NCBI GenBank assembly: GCA_011109175.1
Contig: RDEW01000014.1
Location: forward strand, 496,001 to 560,000
DNA: 64,000 nt
Direction: 5' to 3'
Origin: Dicyema japonicum
Taxonomy: Eukaryota > Animalia > Dicyemida
This document shows, in pieces, positions 1 to 11,450 of the stretch. Below the pieces are notes generated by a model. The model was not told the origin of the DNA and searched no databases. It worked only from the letters and a program-made list of their open reading frames with translations. Both the position numbers and the translations under genes were made by a program. The stretch's first letter is position 1. Each line of letters begins with the position of its first letter.

Positions 1-14
1 GAGCATGGGAGAAA

Positions 15-92
15 GTTACATTTAATACTGTGTCTCCGGCTTCACATGAGGGCTATAAGTACTGTGGTTCACGTGAAAGTGCTTATTATTTT
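15..92 (+). mobile_element. Diverged copy of the ~110-nt SINE-like family (3' part)
   Basis: gagggctataagtactgtggttcacgtgaaagtgcttattatt matches the family 3' end gcggagctataaatactatggctctcgtgaaagtgct seen at 17642-17727. Confidence 0.5.
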
Positions 93-94
93 TT

Positions 95-340
95 AGATCA
101 GGGAGATAAACTGGGAACTTTCGTGGAGGCAGAGAACTAAGCTTCCTCTGCCTGGGACAAGATTAGTGGAAAATTGAGAACAGCGGACGACCTCGATGAA
201 CTGCGGAAGCGAGAAGGAAATTTGCATGGAAAAAACTGGTAGAATGGATAGTGAGGACCATGGCACAAGTGAAATCCTAAGTATTCATATGCTTATGGGT
301 AACGCGGGAGTGCTCTTCACTAACTATTTGACTAACTAGA
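95..340 (+). mobile_element. RTE-like LINE 3' fragment
   Basis: Translates DKISGKLRTADDLDELRK, like the other RTE C-termini here; 3' UTR aagtattcatatgcttatg..aacgcggg plus ctaa-repeat tail is shared with 36960-37082. Confidence 0.55.
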
Positions 341-870
341 TCAGAGAGATCTTTTAAGAATCACATCAAAGTCTAAGTAAGCAAAGTGGTTAATTGGTAG
401 TAAATTAATTAGTTTCTTGACTTTTCGACTTGTTTCTGCCATTTTTAATATTTAAGAAACTTTGAGTTAGATAAAGTTCTCTATTTCCCGCGTGAGATTA
501 ACGGGAATCGTGGTTTAGATTGGAATTAGTTTTAGAATGTGAGATTTCAATCTACTAGAGATCACATAACAAGTGCCAGGCAAAAGGCCTTACGGTCCTT
601 AGTTCAATTCTCGCTGCTGTACATTCCGGAGATTTTCCACGCATCACAATGATTTGGCTTAACGAGTGACATCTCACTGCGGAACTGGATCGTCTATAAA
701 AGGATCACACCAACAAAGAAAAAAGAAGTGAACATCCCGGGAAAAGATATAGCTAATATGGCTCTTCGTAAAGTACAGTATTATTGTATGATAACTTGAT
801 AGGATCAAAGAAACATTTTATACTCCACAAAATGATCAGTATTTGATCACTTTTGTCACAAAGTCAATAA

Positions 871-1692
871 TTAGTCACTGAGGGATACAATCTTGGTAGA
901 ATGTAATAGATCTGGCCCACTATACGTTTTTTGTAACTTCTGACATATTTCATTCACCGTCATTTGTAAAAGAGGATTATAGTTTTCCAAAATATTCAGA
1001 AGCTCTTGGCAGGTTTCACCACCTGTTGACCCTTGCGTACCCCATACTGCTGCAAATTCTTCCATGATATAATCGTACTAACATGGGCCTTCAAGGGAGA
1101 TCAACCTCATTCAAGTTCCTCCAATATTTATGACAAGGATTCAGGTAGTCACACGTTAGAAAAGATCAAAGGAATTGGGTTGATACGTAATAATTAGTTA
1201 GTCAGTCACCAGCTCACGCATAATCAACATTTGATATGCTTGACCGATAGCTTACAGGCTAGTGAGCTTAGTTTCCTAAGTAATGGATCTAATCAAAGCT
1301 AGGAAATTATACGTCGACTTAGGACTAAAGGATGGATAAATGAGTTGAGGGGTACTCTGATGTATTTTATCAACTCAAGTCAAGATATGGCTGATACAGT
1401 CAACAATAATTTACAAAAGTTCTGCCATATGGTCTGGACTCCTCTTTTGCTTCAAAACATCTCCAACGTTTGGATGCAATCTTCTGTAATGCCTTAAAGG
1501 AGGTTTCTCATTCATAAGCTTCATTGGCATCCATAGCCGAAAGGGGGTACAATTACCTATACGAAAAACATTTAGGAAAGTCTTTGTCTTCAAGAGCATC
1601 TTTTGAAGACACATGAGGAACTTTTCCTCTCCCTTCAATGACTCCCATAAAATCTCCTTTTGGTCCAAATTGTACTCCTCAGGCGTGGACAA
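871..1692 (-). CDS. Multi-exon gene fragment, possibly a RhoGEF (DH domain)
   Basis: ORFs 1411-1692 and 871-1065 on the same strand; QKEILWESLKGEEKFL resembles the first DH helix and NVGDVL resembles the IGDIF motif; exon chain not resolved. Confidence 0.3.
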
Positions 1693-2086
1693 TCATTACA
1701 GCTTTTATGGACTATTTTGCCTTCTCTTCTGACATCGATCGCAGAAAAAGAACTCTTACAAAACAAACATTTTTAATTTTCAAATTTAAAAAGTAGGCCG
1801 GCTAGTTATGATTATTTTATTGCTCTTAAAAATATAAAAATGTATTTAGACATTTTAAAGTAATTATCACAGTTAATAATCAATTTAATAATAATAATTA
1901 TTTTCATGCTTTTTGTACCCAAAATTTAAAAATTTTAGAGATTACTGGAGAATGTGGGAGTATTTAATATTTCAGTTAAACTTTATATTTCGTATATTAT
2001 TATCTTGGGTAACCAGAATAAATAAATAATATTTAAATTGATTCGTGTAATTGAATTACAGTGTGATGTCTGACTGGTTTCCACAA

Positions 2087-2731
2087 ATGTCTATATCTCA
2101 GTCAATAAAAAGAGCCGAGAAGGATATAATATCTCTGTTTTATTGAAATAATCTTAAATCTAGAATCCGACATGGATTTAAAATTTCTAGTTTGAAGGAA
2201 AGAACCTGTTCCCGTGGTCCTTCCTTCAACGTGGACCTCAACGGGCCTAAGGAATGTATCTCCGTGTAAAAATTCCAGCCTTTTATTCAGGAGGCGTCTG
2301 GGTTGTGCGTGTCGACATTCCAATAGAATATCCAGTAAAATCTCCATCAATTGGGTTCCAAAATCATATTTTCCATCCAAACATTGATGAACTGTTGTAC
2401 TTTTACTAATTTGTAGATCAGGATCGGTTTGTTTGGATGTTTTAAATCAAAACTGGACCGTTTATTATGATTTAGTAAATATTTTTGACTGTTTCTTACC
2501 CCAATTGTTGGTCTATCCAAACCCTGATGACCCACTTAACGATTATGCCGCTTTTTTATATGTCCATGAAATTCCAAAGTACGAGATTAAAGTCAAAGGT
2601 GGGTTTTGCTAAAAAATTCAGAATTTCTAAATATGTATGCCCTCCCCTCTATGCGCGATGCCTTGGAATCAGCTGACGAGGAACATAGCGATTTAAGCTC
2701 AATCAATTCCAATGATATTTTAGTTGACTGA
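2087..2731 (+). CDS. UBE2H: Ubiquitin-conjugating enzyme E2 H (UBC8). Exons 2087-2136, 2164-2255, 2279-2393, 2417-2598, 2622-2731; alternative in-frame ATG at 2066
   Basis: Splicing four GT-AG introns (27, 23, 23, 23 nt) gives an uninterrupted ORF with [48 protein letters not shown]...[16 protein letters not shown], catalytic Cys retained, acidic tail and TGA stop. Confidence 0.96.
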
Positions 2732-5462
2732 TTTATTATTTTCGATCGAATGCTGTATTGATTTTAAATTCGCTGATTACAAAAACCATCTGGTAGGACC
2801 TAGGTCTTTAGGCTCTTAAGTGAGGTGGGGACACATTCATGATGATCATTAATAACCAGTAACTAGCTATGCTATAGTGAAGTGGAGTCTATGGACCATC
2901 TATGCCTATTTCCTTAAAGGATTTCTGAGCATTAGATATCTGCCGTTTGTCTACAACTTCTTTCAGATGTTTCTCTTCAATGTGGTTATTATTCAAATGT
3001 AATTATTATATAACTAGGAAATTTAAATAGTCACACCTCATACCATAACAATTCTCCCCTCTGGCTACTTGGCCGAAGGTTTCTCTTCCTTTGCTCTGTC
3101 TTTTCTTTCATTCTACTAGAGTAATGTCATGTGATCGTCTCAGGTTACGCCCAGTCCCAGAATAGCACGAAAAAGGATCATTTGCTCTTCTCATTGGATG
3201 GATTCATACAACTTCAAGGACTGGATGCTTTCTTGCCTTTCTGCTGCCTCTTGGTGGACTTGCAAGATAAGTTTCTTGAAAATAAAATCTGATTAGCTCT
3301 CTAAGCGAATATCCGCTTTTATCGTGATTATCATATTTCCAGTCAAATAGTGAAGTATTGTTAAAGAAACCTGACTCATTTATTCTCTTTGATTATTACA
3401 AATCCGATGTATTTTTAAAACCGAGGATGTTGAGGTTTCATTTGTTAGGAAATTCAATGCACAACGAAAGAGATTGTAGCTCAGGTATTAACAGAATATA
3501 ATTAACGAAACACATCACTAGGCGGGAAAATTAAAGAAAATCAATAAATCGAAAAATTATTCAGAAAATAATTGGTGCTTAAATCGACTTAATGTTCGAT
3601 TTGTGTTTGAGGAACACAAAGATCGGAGAAGGGTACATTAGGATTATTATGATAACACAAAATCACCATTAAATTAAGATCATCGTGGCTATTGGGTGAT
3701 CCTGGCCTCTCTCAGTAGTCTCCATTCTTTCCCAAAAAACACCCACTCTATTTTCATTACAGGCAAGGGACTACGTGATATTTCCTCCTAACTAGGGTCT
3801 CAAAGATGGTAGGGTTTTTCACGGAGGAGCAAAACTTATATTACTCAATAGTGAACTCATTAGTTCTATTGTCCACGTTGGGGTTTAGAAAAATCAGTTT
3901 TTGACCTCTAGGAGTTCCAACTAGCACAACTGTATGAGCTTGTGGTGATGAAACATTCATCCACACGGCTCCATTAAGCACTACTTGGTTTTGTTCTTTA
4001 GAGAAAATAGGTACGCAAGAAAGTACAATTTAAAAAGGCCGAAGCAGTTTTATTCCGAAATCAAAGACATTAAACGGTTCACTGATCTGTCTTAGTCGAT
4101 AATGATGTACTGAATTTATGTGATCGATTGATTGTTGAATTATAAATTATCAAAACCGTTTAGCAATTCCATTAAAGTGATTCCCGGTAAACACACGTGA
4201 CTTGGAAAAGAATAACAACTACAACTTACAACTCGTAAATGGCCTATTGGTTAGTTTGCAGAAAAGTTGAGGTGGTGATGTGCCTCTATTACACAGAATG
4301 TCTACTTGCGTTGAATTACAATCCTTGTCATCTTTTTCTCGCAAACATGGATGAGGTGATGGAGTTAGGAGACACGCGAAATCTGAATTTCTTGAAGGAA
4401 ACATTTTCGATGTGACTCTCCATGAACGGAGAAGCAAAGAAAGTGCATAAAAGAGTAATTTTCTTGAAATAGCCAAATCTGTGATTAAACTCGTTCATTA
4501 TATTTTGGAATACCACACAAATTTTTTGACATAATGATTTTTATTAACAAGTTGTTTTGTGAATTCATCTTCAATATCAGGAAAATGGGTAAAATTTTCT
4601 TTTTGGATTTGAAATATCTACAATTCTAACTTTATTTTGAAAGAATTTATTGAGCTGCTCATATCAATAATATATTTATTGTTTCCCTGTGATTCCAAAT
4701 TTAGTTCATTCAGTTTTGTGGTAATATCAGTTAAAAATGCCAAAAGCCAATCAGGATTATCAAGAAAATACCAATCCTTATTGTTTTCTTTTGAGTATTC
4801 TTTAATAATTCTCTGAAACAAGTGAGATTAATCCCTTGTTCAACAACCTTGTGTCACAGTGCAAAGATAAATCGCCATAGTTTGCATCGACTTTTTCTAG
4901 AAAAAGTCTAAATAATCTTCTTTGTAGGGCCTTAGCACGGATAGAATTAATAATTTTAAAGGTTGTCTGCATAACATAGTTAAAATCTAACATTTTCCAC
5001 ATAATGCATGTTGGTGAATGATGAATTGATATGTGAAAAAATTCGGGAAATGAACGTCTTCCCGACAAAATGCAAGAAATCCATTTTGATTTCCAATCAT
5101 TGCAGGCGCACCATCCGTTGTTATGGATACAAGTTTCTTCATTAACGATAACTGGGAATCCTTTGCCGCGGAAAAAACGATGAGGACGAAGGAGAAGAAA
5201 TAAAAAGGCGCTACGCGACCGATTTGCGTTCCACACCATTGTTGTTGAGACAACTGGAGGAATAAGTAGGAAATCGTTTCGTTTCTAAAGAAGCTTGGAC
5301 GCCTAGCTACACTAAAAAGCCGCTACGCACGTGAGACCATATGGCTTTTCCAGCTGATCTCTGTTGCAATCATGAGAGGCAACGGAACGTCGATAATGTC
5401 GTCGGGGACCACCTTTGATGAATTTTTATGTTAATTAATTGATTAATTTAGTTTTTTAACGG

Positions 5463-5570
5463 TAATAATAATAGCCTTTTCACGAGAGCCATAATATCTA
5501 TAGCTCCGCATAGGCAAGACACATATTTTATTTAAGTAAAAAACAGTTAATTTTAACTAATCGTAGAACC
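5463..5570 (-). mobile_element. SINE-like element (GGTTCTACGATTAG... family)
   Basis: Reverse complement of the unit at 17583-17670 and 44873-44989, with a (TTA)n-type tail. Confidence 0.75.
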
Positions 5571-5574
5571 TTTC

Positions 5575-5690
5575 TAGACAATCCAGTTCCGCAGTGAGTA
5601 TCCACTGATGACGGCGTCACTCGTCAAACCCTTTTGGCATCGTAGATGCGTGGAACCTTCCACACGGTGAACAGCAGAGAGAATCGAACC
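5575..5690 (+). pseudogene. Fragment of the expanded unknown gene family (..DDGVTRQ..)
   Basis: cagtgagtatccactgatgacggcgtcactcgtcaa...gtggaaccttc aligns with 20880-20950. Confidence 0.6.
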
Positions 5691-5959
5691 CGTTAACAAT
5701 AATAAATCGAATAATAACAAAAACTTTTGAAAGAATTATAGATATTTCCGCCAGTTGTTCTTTCTTTCATTTGTATAATAGCAAATAATTTTTCCTTAAC
5801 AGTTAAATCATGGAAAATTAAACGGGAAAATACACGATATCAATCGCATCGTTTCGTTAAAAATCAATCGATTGCGATTGACCAAAAAACCTGCCGCGAT
5901 CGACCGGTTGGCCACTCATAACTAAGTCCATCATTCTTTCTTGACTTAGTTTATCACCA

Positions 5960-6830
5960 GAAGTTACCTCTTCTCTTGTCCGGGTCTGTCTCCGAGTTAT
6001 GTACAGAACCAAATACACCTGTCGGATCTTTATGTTCTGCTTTCAAGAGTTTGTTTTAACCAATATTTATGTTCTGCTTTCAAGAGTTTGTTTGAACAAA
6101 TGGTTATAATATGTGTCCGTATAGTGTCATCTACTTAGTATGTGTCTTGATGGTGTCTATAGCATCAGTTAGTCGGTCTCTCGGATGACCTTGTATCCCT
6201 GGAAAGTAGGGGTGAGTAAAGAGGGATAGAACTTGGTTTCTCGTTGGAAAAAAAGGTCATATGTTGAGTTGAATTATAGAGTGATTAGGTGAGCCCGGGT
6301 TGGGATTAATATCTCCAGGGTCATTAGGGGATTGTACCAAGTCAGATGAGAGGGGCCAATAGAGAGCTATCCAAGAGGGGAAGTTATTTTGGGTTGGGGG
6401 AATATGTTGTCCTTTTTTCTGTGAAATTAAGTCCATAGTTGACGGATGAATCTGTTAAGGTTAAGAGTCCACATATGCTCAAATCCGGTGTATATTTTTC
6501 TTTTCTGTCTGTGGTGAAGATAGTATACGTTGATTCATCCCTGGATATGGAGAGACAATTCAAATTCAATCAGGCTCCCAGGTCATCAATATGTGACTGA
6601 CGCTCTGATTGTGCCATATCCACGTATATGCTCCTGCTAGCGATAATTAAGTCGTCAGCATATGTAAGAAGCATTGAATCTGGTCCTGCAGGGCAGGGTA
6701 AATCGTTTAGGAGTTAATTGAATAGCGCCGGAGACAGGGGCGATCCTTGAGGGACGCCATTTGGTAGAAGACGGGACCTCGATCTTGCATGGCCTATCGA
6801 TCACCTTCTAGATATCCAGGGAGACCAATA
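5960..6830 (-). mobile_element. Jockey/I-like LINE reverse transcriptase fragment
   Basis: GVPQGSPLSPALFN and LLTYADDLIIAS RT motifs on the minus strand; contains stops. Confidence 0.9.
6029..6095. repeat. 37-bp tandem duplication inside the LINE fragment
   Basis: tttatgttctgctttcaagagtttgttt occurs twice, 37 bp apart. Confidence 0.9.
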
Positions 6831-7110
6831 TTGTCCGTAGATGGCGTTTCGGTTCGTTGAACCCTTCTGATATAAATTGAGACAGTGAAGCCAAATGTGT
6901 CGTAATTGAACGCTCACATTTGAAACCATGTTGAAAGTGGCAGTCGGGCAAATGTTATTACGTAAATATATAAAATTAGTTGAATAAATCAAATTTGAAT
7001 ATTTTAAAATTTTTAATATACAAATAAAAACTTTTACAACACCTAGGCAATTTATAATAATTAATCAGGTGTTGTTTTTTTGCTATATTCGATAGTCATA
7101 CCCAAATTTC

Positions 7111-9059
7111 ATGCGGACTCCTGTATTTGAAGAAAAACGGAAATTCCGAATTAATGAAACTGACGGACCAACAAATAATGAAATTTGGGAATATGCTAAA
7201 TTCATCGGTATTGATCCCGAATGCGAAGGACACCTCCTTCACATTGCACGTGAAGGGATTATGGCCCCCATTTCTGAATATTGGAATCCAATGTTATAAT
7301 TTTCTATGACTTCAGATTCCAAGAAGACGGGAGTTTGTATTATTTCAATTCTCTGACCTACAAGTGCATACGAGAACACCCCTGCGATGAATATTATCGC
7401 CAGATGGTCATTAATGAACGAAATTTGGATCACAAAAAAATTCATCTACCAAATGATCTCAGTTCGGACGGTTTCAGCCAAGTAATAATTAATTTAATCT
7501 GCATTTTCGATTTATTAGCCAAAAATATATTAACTTATAAATTTAATATTAGAATAAAATACATTCCGAGTCGAAGGAAATTAAAAATTCGTTTATTCGC
7601 TCAGATCCGATTCAGGAACATGGAAATATTCCTAATCTCAAGAAAACTTCCGACCACGGGACATCTGGTGAATATTATGCGGACATTTTAAATTCTAAAA
7701 ACGAGTACTTTTAAGGTATTATTGAAGAATTGACGGGTGTGGGTCGTTACGGAAAAAGAAAATACCGGGTGTGGTCGTTACGGACAAAGAAAATACCGCT
7801 ACGTTACGGAAAAAGAAAATATCAGAATTTCCAACAAAGTTGACTCCCGCTAATCAGCCTGAGTCATTTAAGGAATCGGTCAAGTAAAATATAGTCAAAT
7901 TTACTAAAGAATGGTGGACCGCGGAATATCTGAATCAATCGGTAATTGCACGTGTTCTGCCAAAGACATCAAAAGTCAAATCGCTGAATCCACGGTAACC
8001 AATTTCCATAATTCAAAAAATAGATCGAAAGTGAGAAATCTTTGTAATTTGAGATTTCATATTATTTAGAGGTCTTGTTGAGTCCAGAAAAAGTGAAATA
8101 TGCTCAGACACTCAACTTTTTGATTTCCCGGAGGTTCAACTTTTACGAGTACGTCTAGGACGGAGAATTTATTAAGTCGGACAATTCATTCCCGGACGAT
8201 ATATCGGATTTGCCAAGTTCCCATTCTTTCCCAAAATCACAAAAGTACCCAATATTTTCAGACATATTGCCCAATAACTCGGATCAGTTGAACGAATGGG
8301 CTAAAAAGGTGATATATCCCAATATCAGTAGTTTGGCAACTTAAACGAAAGGAAAAACGCGATTATCCAAGAATTGGTTAATGCTAAAGTTATATTACCA
8401 TTCGTATCAAGGAACTACAACATTTACTCTCAGTTAGAGAAAGAACCTGCATTTTGTAAGCCTAAGGATGATGTTGTTGACATGAAAGCTGACGAAGCCG
8501 CCGGTCGTTTGGTTATTCCAATTTAAAATCTTTAAGGACAATTTAGTGGACAAACTTGAGAGTCTTGTGAATTCTTTGGACAGCAAGCAGTGCAACCAAA
8601 TAAAGAGGTAACATTTAAAAGTGATTATTTTGTTTGGTTAAAATATGGGGAGCCCTCAATTATTGTTAATATTATTTCAGTGACTTAAATCCTTTGATTG
8701 GAAACGAAGAGTGCTATGAAAGCACATATCGACCAAACAGCATAAAAAGAATCAATAAAATCGCCAGAATGATGAGAACAAGCTACGACAGCCGTATTCC
8801 GATTTCGATGCTAAAGTCAAGCGAGAAGGTTGAAAGCTTGTTGGAAGAGAAATATCAGAGATACACTCAGAATGGTATTTTCTTTGATAAAATTTAGAAA
8901 AAATTATAAATAAAAATAGAACGACTTTTAGTTGCCTGTAAATTTGTGACAAAATATTTTAGCGATAAAAAGGGAATGTCTTCAACATTTAATCACCGAA
9001 AGTGGATAAATCAGGTAGAAACTGATATTGACGATTATTTTAAAAGAATATCAAAATAA
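7111..9059 (+). CDS. CEP164: CEP164-like centriolar protein (N-terminal WW domain); multi-exon, 3' end uncertain
   Basis: EIWEYAKFIGIDPECEGHLLHIAREGIMAP..W.P(23-nt intron 7293-7315)..YYFN....EHPCDEYYRQMVINER matches the CEP164 N-terminus; further micro-introns (e.g. 7705-7727) keep a frame open; homology beyond the N-terminus not recognisable. Confidence 0.75.
7733..7825 (+). repeat. Three imperfect tandem units (cgttacggaaaaagaaaata)
   Basis: Units offset by 31 and 26 nt inside the predicted exon. Confidence 0.85.
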
Positions 9060-9296
9060 TGTTGTTTTCAGTTTGTATCTGTTAAAATAAACTATAAATG
9101 TCTCGACAATCCCCCATGAGACCTTTTTTAGAAGAGATAATTTTATTGAGAATAAACATGGAACCTCCAGCTAACATGGCTATTGAGGATTTTTCCCTCC
9201 CGAAGCTACTCGACTCCGTGGATGACCGAGAATCACCTTACCGAAGATATTGGATGACGGACTTCTAAAAAATTGGAAGGGAGAGGACTTAGATGG

Positions 9297-9608
9297 TCAA
9301 CGAGAGCTTGTTTGTGATAGGAATAAGTGAAAGAGGATGAAGTTGTTGTTAATTTTTTGAGATGCACATGTTTCGTCATAACCATGACATAGTGAAAGTG
9401 CGTTCTCCAAGTTCTTTGTTATGACGTGAGTAGAGAATGCATTGGTTGGATTGAAAAAATTAGAATGCATTGGTTGGATTGCATGTACAGGGGATTTAAA
9501 AAAATGAGGAAGAACACAGTAATCTAATAATGTATTGGTGGGAATTCCGTTACCAAATTTGTCGAAACAGAATAGATATAGAATTAAAAAATCCAAAAAG
9601 TTCGTCAT
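9297..9608 (-). CDS. Diverged member of the expanded unknown family (3' part, SLCHGYDET)
   Basis: tca cta tgt cat ggt tat gac gaa aca vs family tca cta tgc cat ggt cat gac aaa act, with two synonymous changes. Confidence 0.55.
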   Translation of the reverse strand: MTNFLDFLILYLFCFDKFGNGIPTNTLLDYCVLPHFFKSPVHAIQPMHSNFFNPTNAFSTHVITKNLENALSLCHGYDETCASQKINNNFILFHLFLSQTSSR

Positions 9609-10329
9609 TAAAAATAAAAAGTTGCACTAAAAATTGTAATTATTTTGAATGCACTAAAAGTATTATTTAAAACCGGTCATCCAAAACATCATGTCTTTGC
9701 GGCAATGTTAAATGAAAGATTTCAATCGATTTGATAAATTTAAAAAATAATAAAATTGTTCCAAAGACCAAGGGTAAAACTAACTAATTCCTTGACCTTG
9801 ACGCGATGCAGATGAACCTTCACTCAAGAACGCTGATTCAGATAACCTTGTCCGGGGAGCTGAGGTCGATTCCAGATGTCGTCGCTAGCAAACGAAATTA
9901 TCTCCAGGTTTAATGAATAATTGAATCCTTTTGAATGTCGGTCAGGCATTGGGCGTCTCCTTAGTAAAGTGGAAGGTGGATCCAAGAGGGAAAGAAGGAA
10001 GATAAATTTTTAACCAACATAGCATTACATAGCGCCACGTGGCGTGTACGCTATCATATTTCATTACAAATGGCTTTCAACTGTCATCAATGTTTATAAA
10101 AGTCTTTTAGCATTTTAATTTTTTTGGATTTAGTAGTGTCTGTAAAATTAAATCTTCAATCAGAAGGAATTGAGGAAGAATTCAATCGACTCTGGCGAGA
10201 ACTATTCAAAAAAATTAAAAAAAATGGATGAATGTTGTTAACAAGGCAGTTTATTATTATTTTGCAAAACACAACTAAAATAAAATTATCTCTTCGTAAG
10301 TCCCAAACCAGGTTCTACCATTAACGAAT

Positions 10330-11450
10330 AAGAAGTCATCATCCTGTCGGGGTGTTTACCATAGCTCCGAGAGAGACATTCTTAATTGAGAATTATAACC
10401 GCTTATTTTCAGTTAAGGTTTATTCTCGTCAACCAGATCCCACCGTGAGATGACAAGTCGTTCTGGCATGACATTTGTTGAAAGAAGTCTGCTTACCTTT
10501 TCCTTGACCAATTCCACTGGTGAAGATTACCATTATGAAAACCCTTACGCATAAAAATGATGTGATGTCTGCGACGGTAGGACGTGTGAGGAAAATAGAA
10601 AAGAACAGAACTTTTCTTCCTCTCTTCGGAAACGGAAGCATGTAGAGGACTATCGGAAGATGGATGTAGTCGGCACAATCCGATGTTCTCTCTCGGATTA
10701 ATTAGTTGTTCGGTCGAAACAAATTTTAATTTGGTCTGTTCAGATATCAGGTAGCAAGGTATCTCTCAATTCATGGAGTAAGGTACGCAGGCAGTTGAAT
10801 TTCAACTTCCATGCGAAACAAGTCTTCACCAAAGGCTTCTAGAAAATTAACATTGTTTGTGCACTCGTTCAAAGGACGCCTTTAAATTTGAATGATTCCC
10901 TTGCAACATTCTACCTGCAAACAATCGCGACGGCTGTAGAGTATGACTATGTTGTGTTGAGATTCAGGCTATCGGAGACCATTTTATTTTACAGAACAAC
11001 CACTCTCATGTTGGGCCCTCATACTGGATCATCAGTCACTCTCCTACTCATGGAAGTTACGACCCGTAGTCGTGGTTCCGGATTCTTCCTCGTCTGTGAG
11101 GAAGATCGCCTGTCCATATCCAAAAGTTCCTTCTTCCAATCGGATTCCTCAGCAAGAATGAAAGAAGACTCTTTCATAAGGCAGTGGAGACAATGGAAGA
11201 CCACAGACGTCGACGGCACAGTTGACTACAAGAACTGGGATCATCTAACTGTTTGGCGTTATTTCTGTCTTTCTTTCCAAGTGACCCTGGGGTTCTAAAT
11301 AAATAAAAAAACTGGTTTATTAACGTGGTTTTACTATATAGTCTTACTCGGAATTGTGATCTAAAGGAAAAGTACATTCGATAACTTGTAATCCATAATA
11401 TTTCCTTTTGTGAATAACAAGTATTTATTTTGCCATGGAAACGATTAAAT
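10330..11450 (+). CDS. Diverged member of the expanded unknown family, multi-exon
   Basis: Collinear motifs FVERS..F..EDYH (~10470-10535), LSFFPSDPGVLNK (11266-11304) and FCHGND (11428-11445) match family LVELSKILF..KDYH, LSFFLGDPGVLDK and LCHGHD. Confidence 0.55.

Larger units (their letters stand above)
4200..5920 (-). mobile_element. Decayed hAT (Buster/SPIN, GTF2IRD2-like) transposon
   Basis: Fragments KLVSITTDGAPAMIG, IIHQHALCGK, TFKIINSIRAKALQRRLF, LAFLTDITTKLNELNLESQG; degenerate end gtggccaaccggtcgatcgcg near 5895-5915; many frameshifts. Confidence 0.85.

Noticed and set aside
500-620. A-box-like gtggtttagattgg and B-box-like gttcaattc suggested a tRNA
   Set aside because: Spacing is about 95 nt and no acceptor stem or cloverleaf could be built.
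2760-4040. Exon-like stretches on both strands between UBE2H and the hAT
   Set aside because: No consistent exon chain or recognisable product; mentioned only as a tentative family echo.
10025-10050. 12-bp palindrome cgccacgtggcg (G-box core)
   Set aside because: A single occurrence with no partner end or TSD; cannot be assigned a function.
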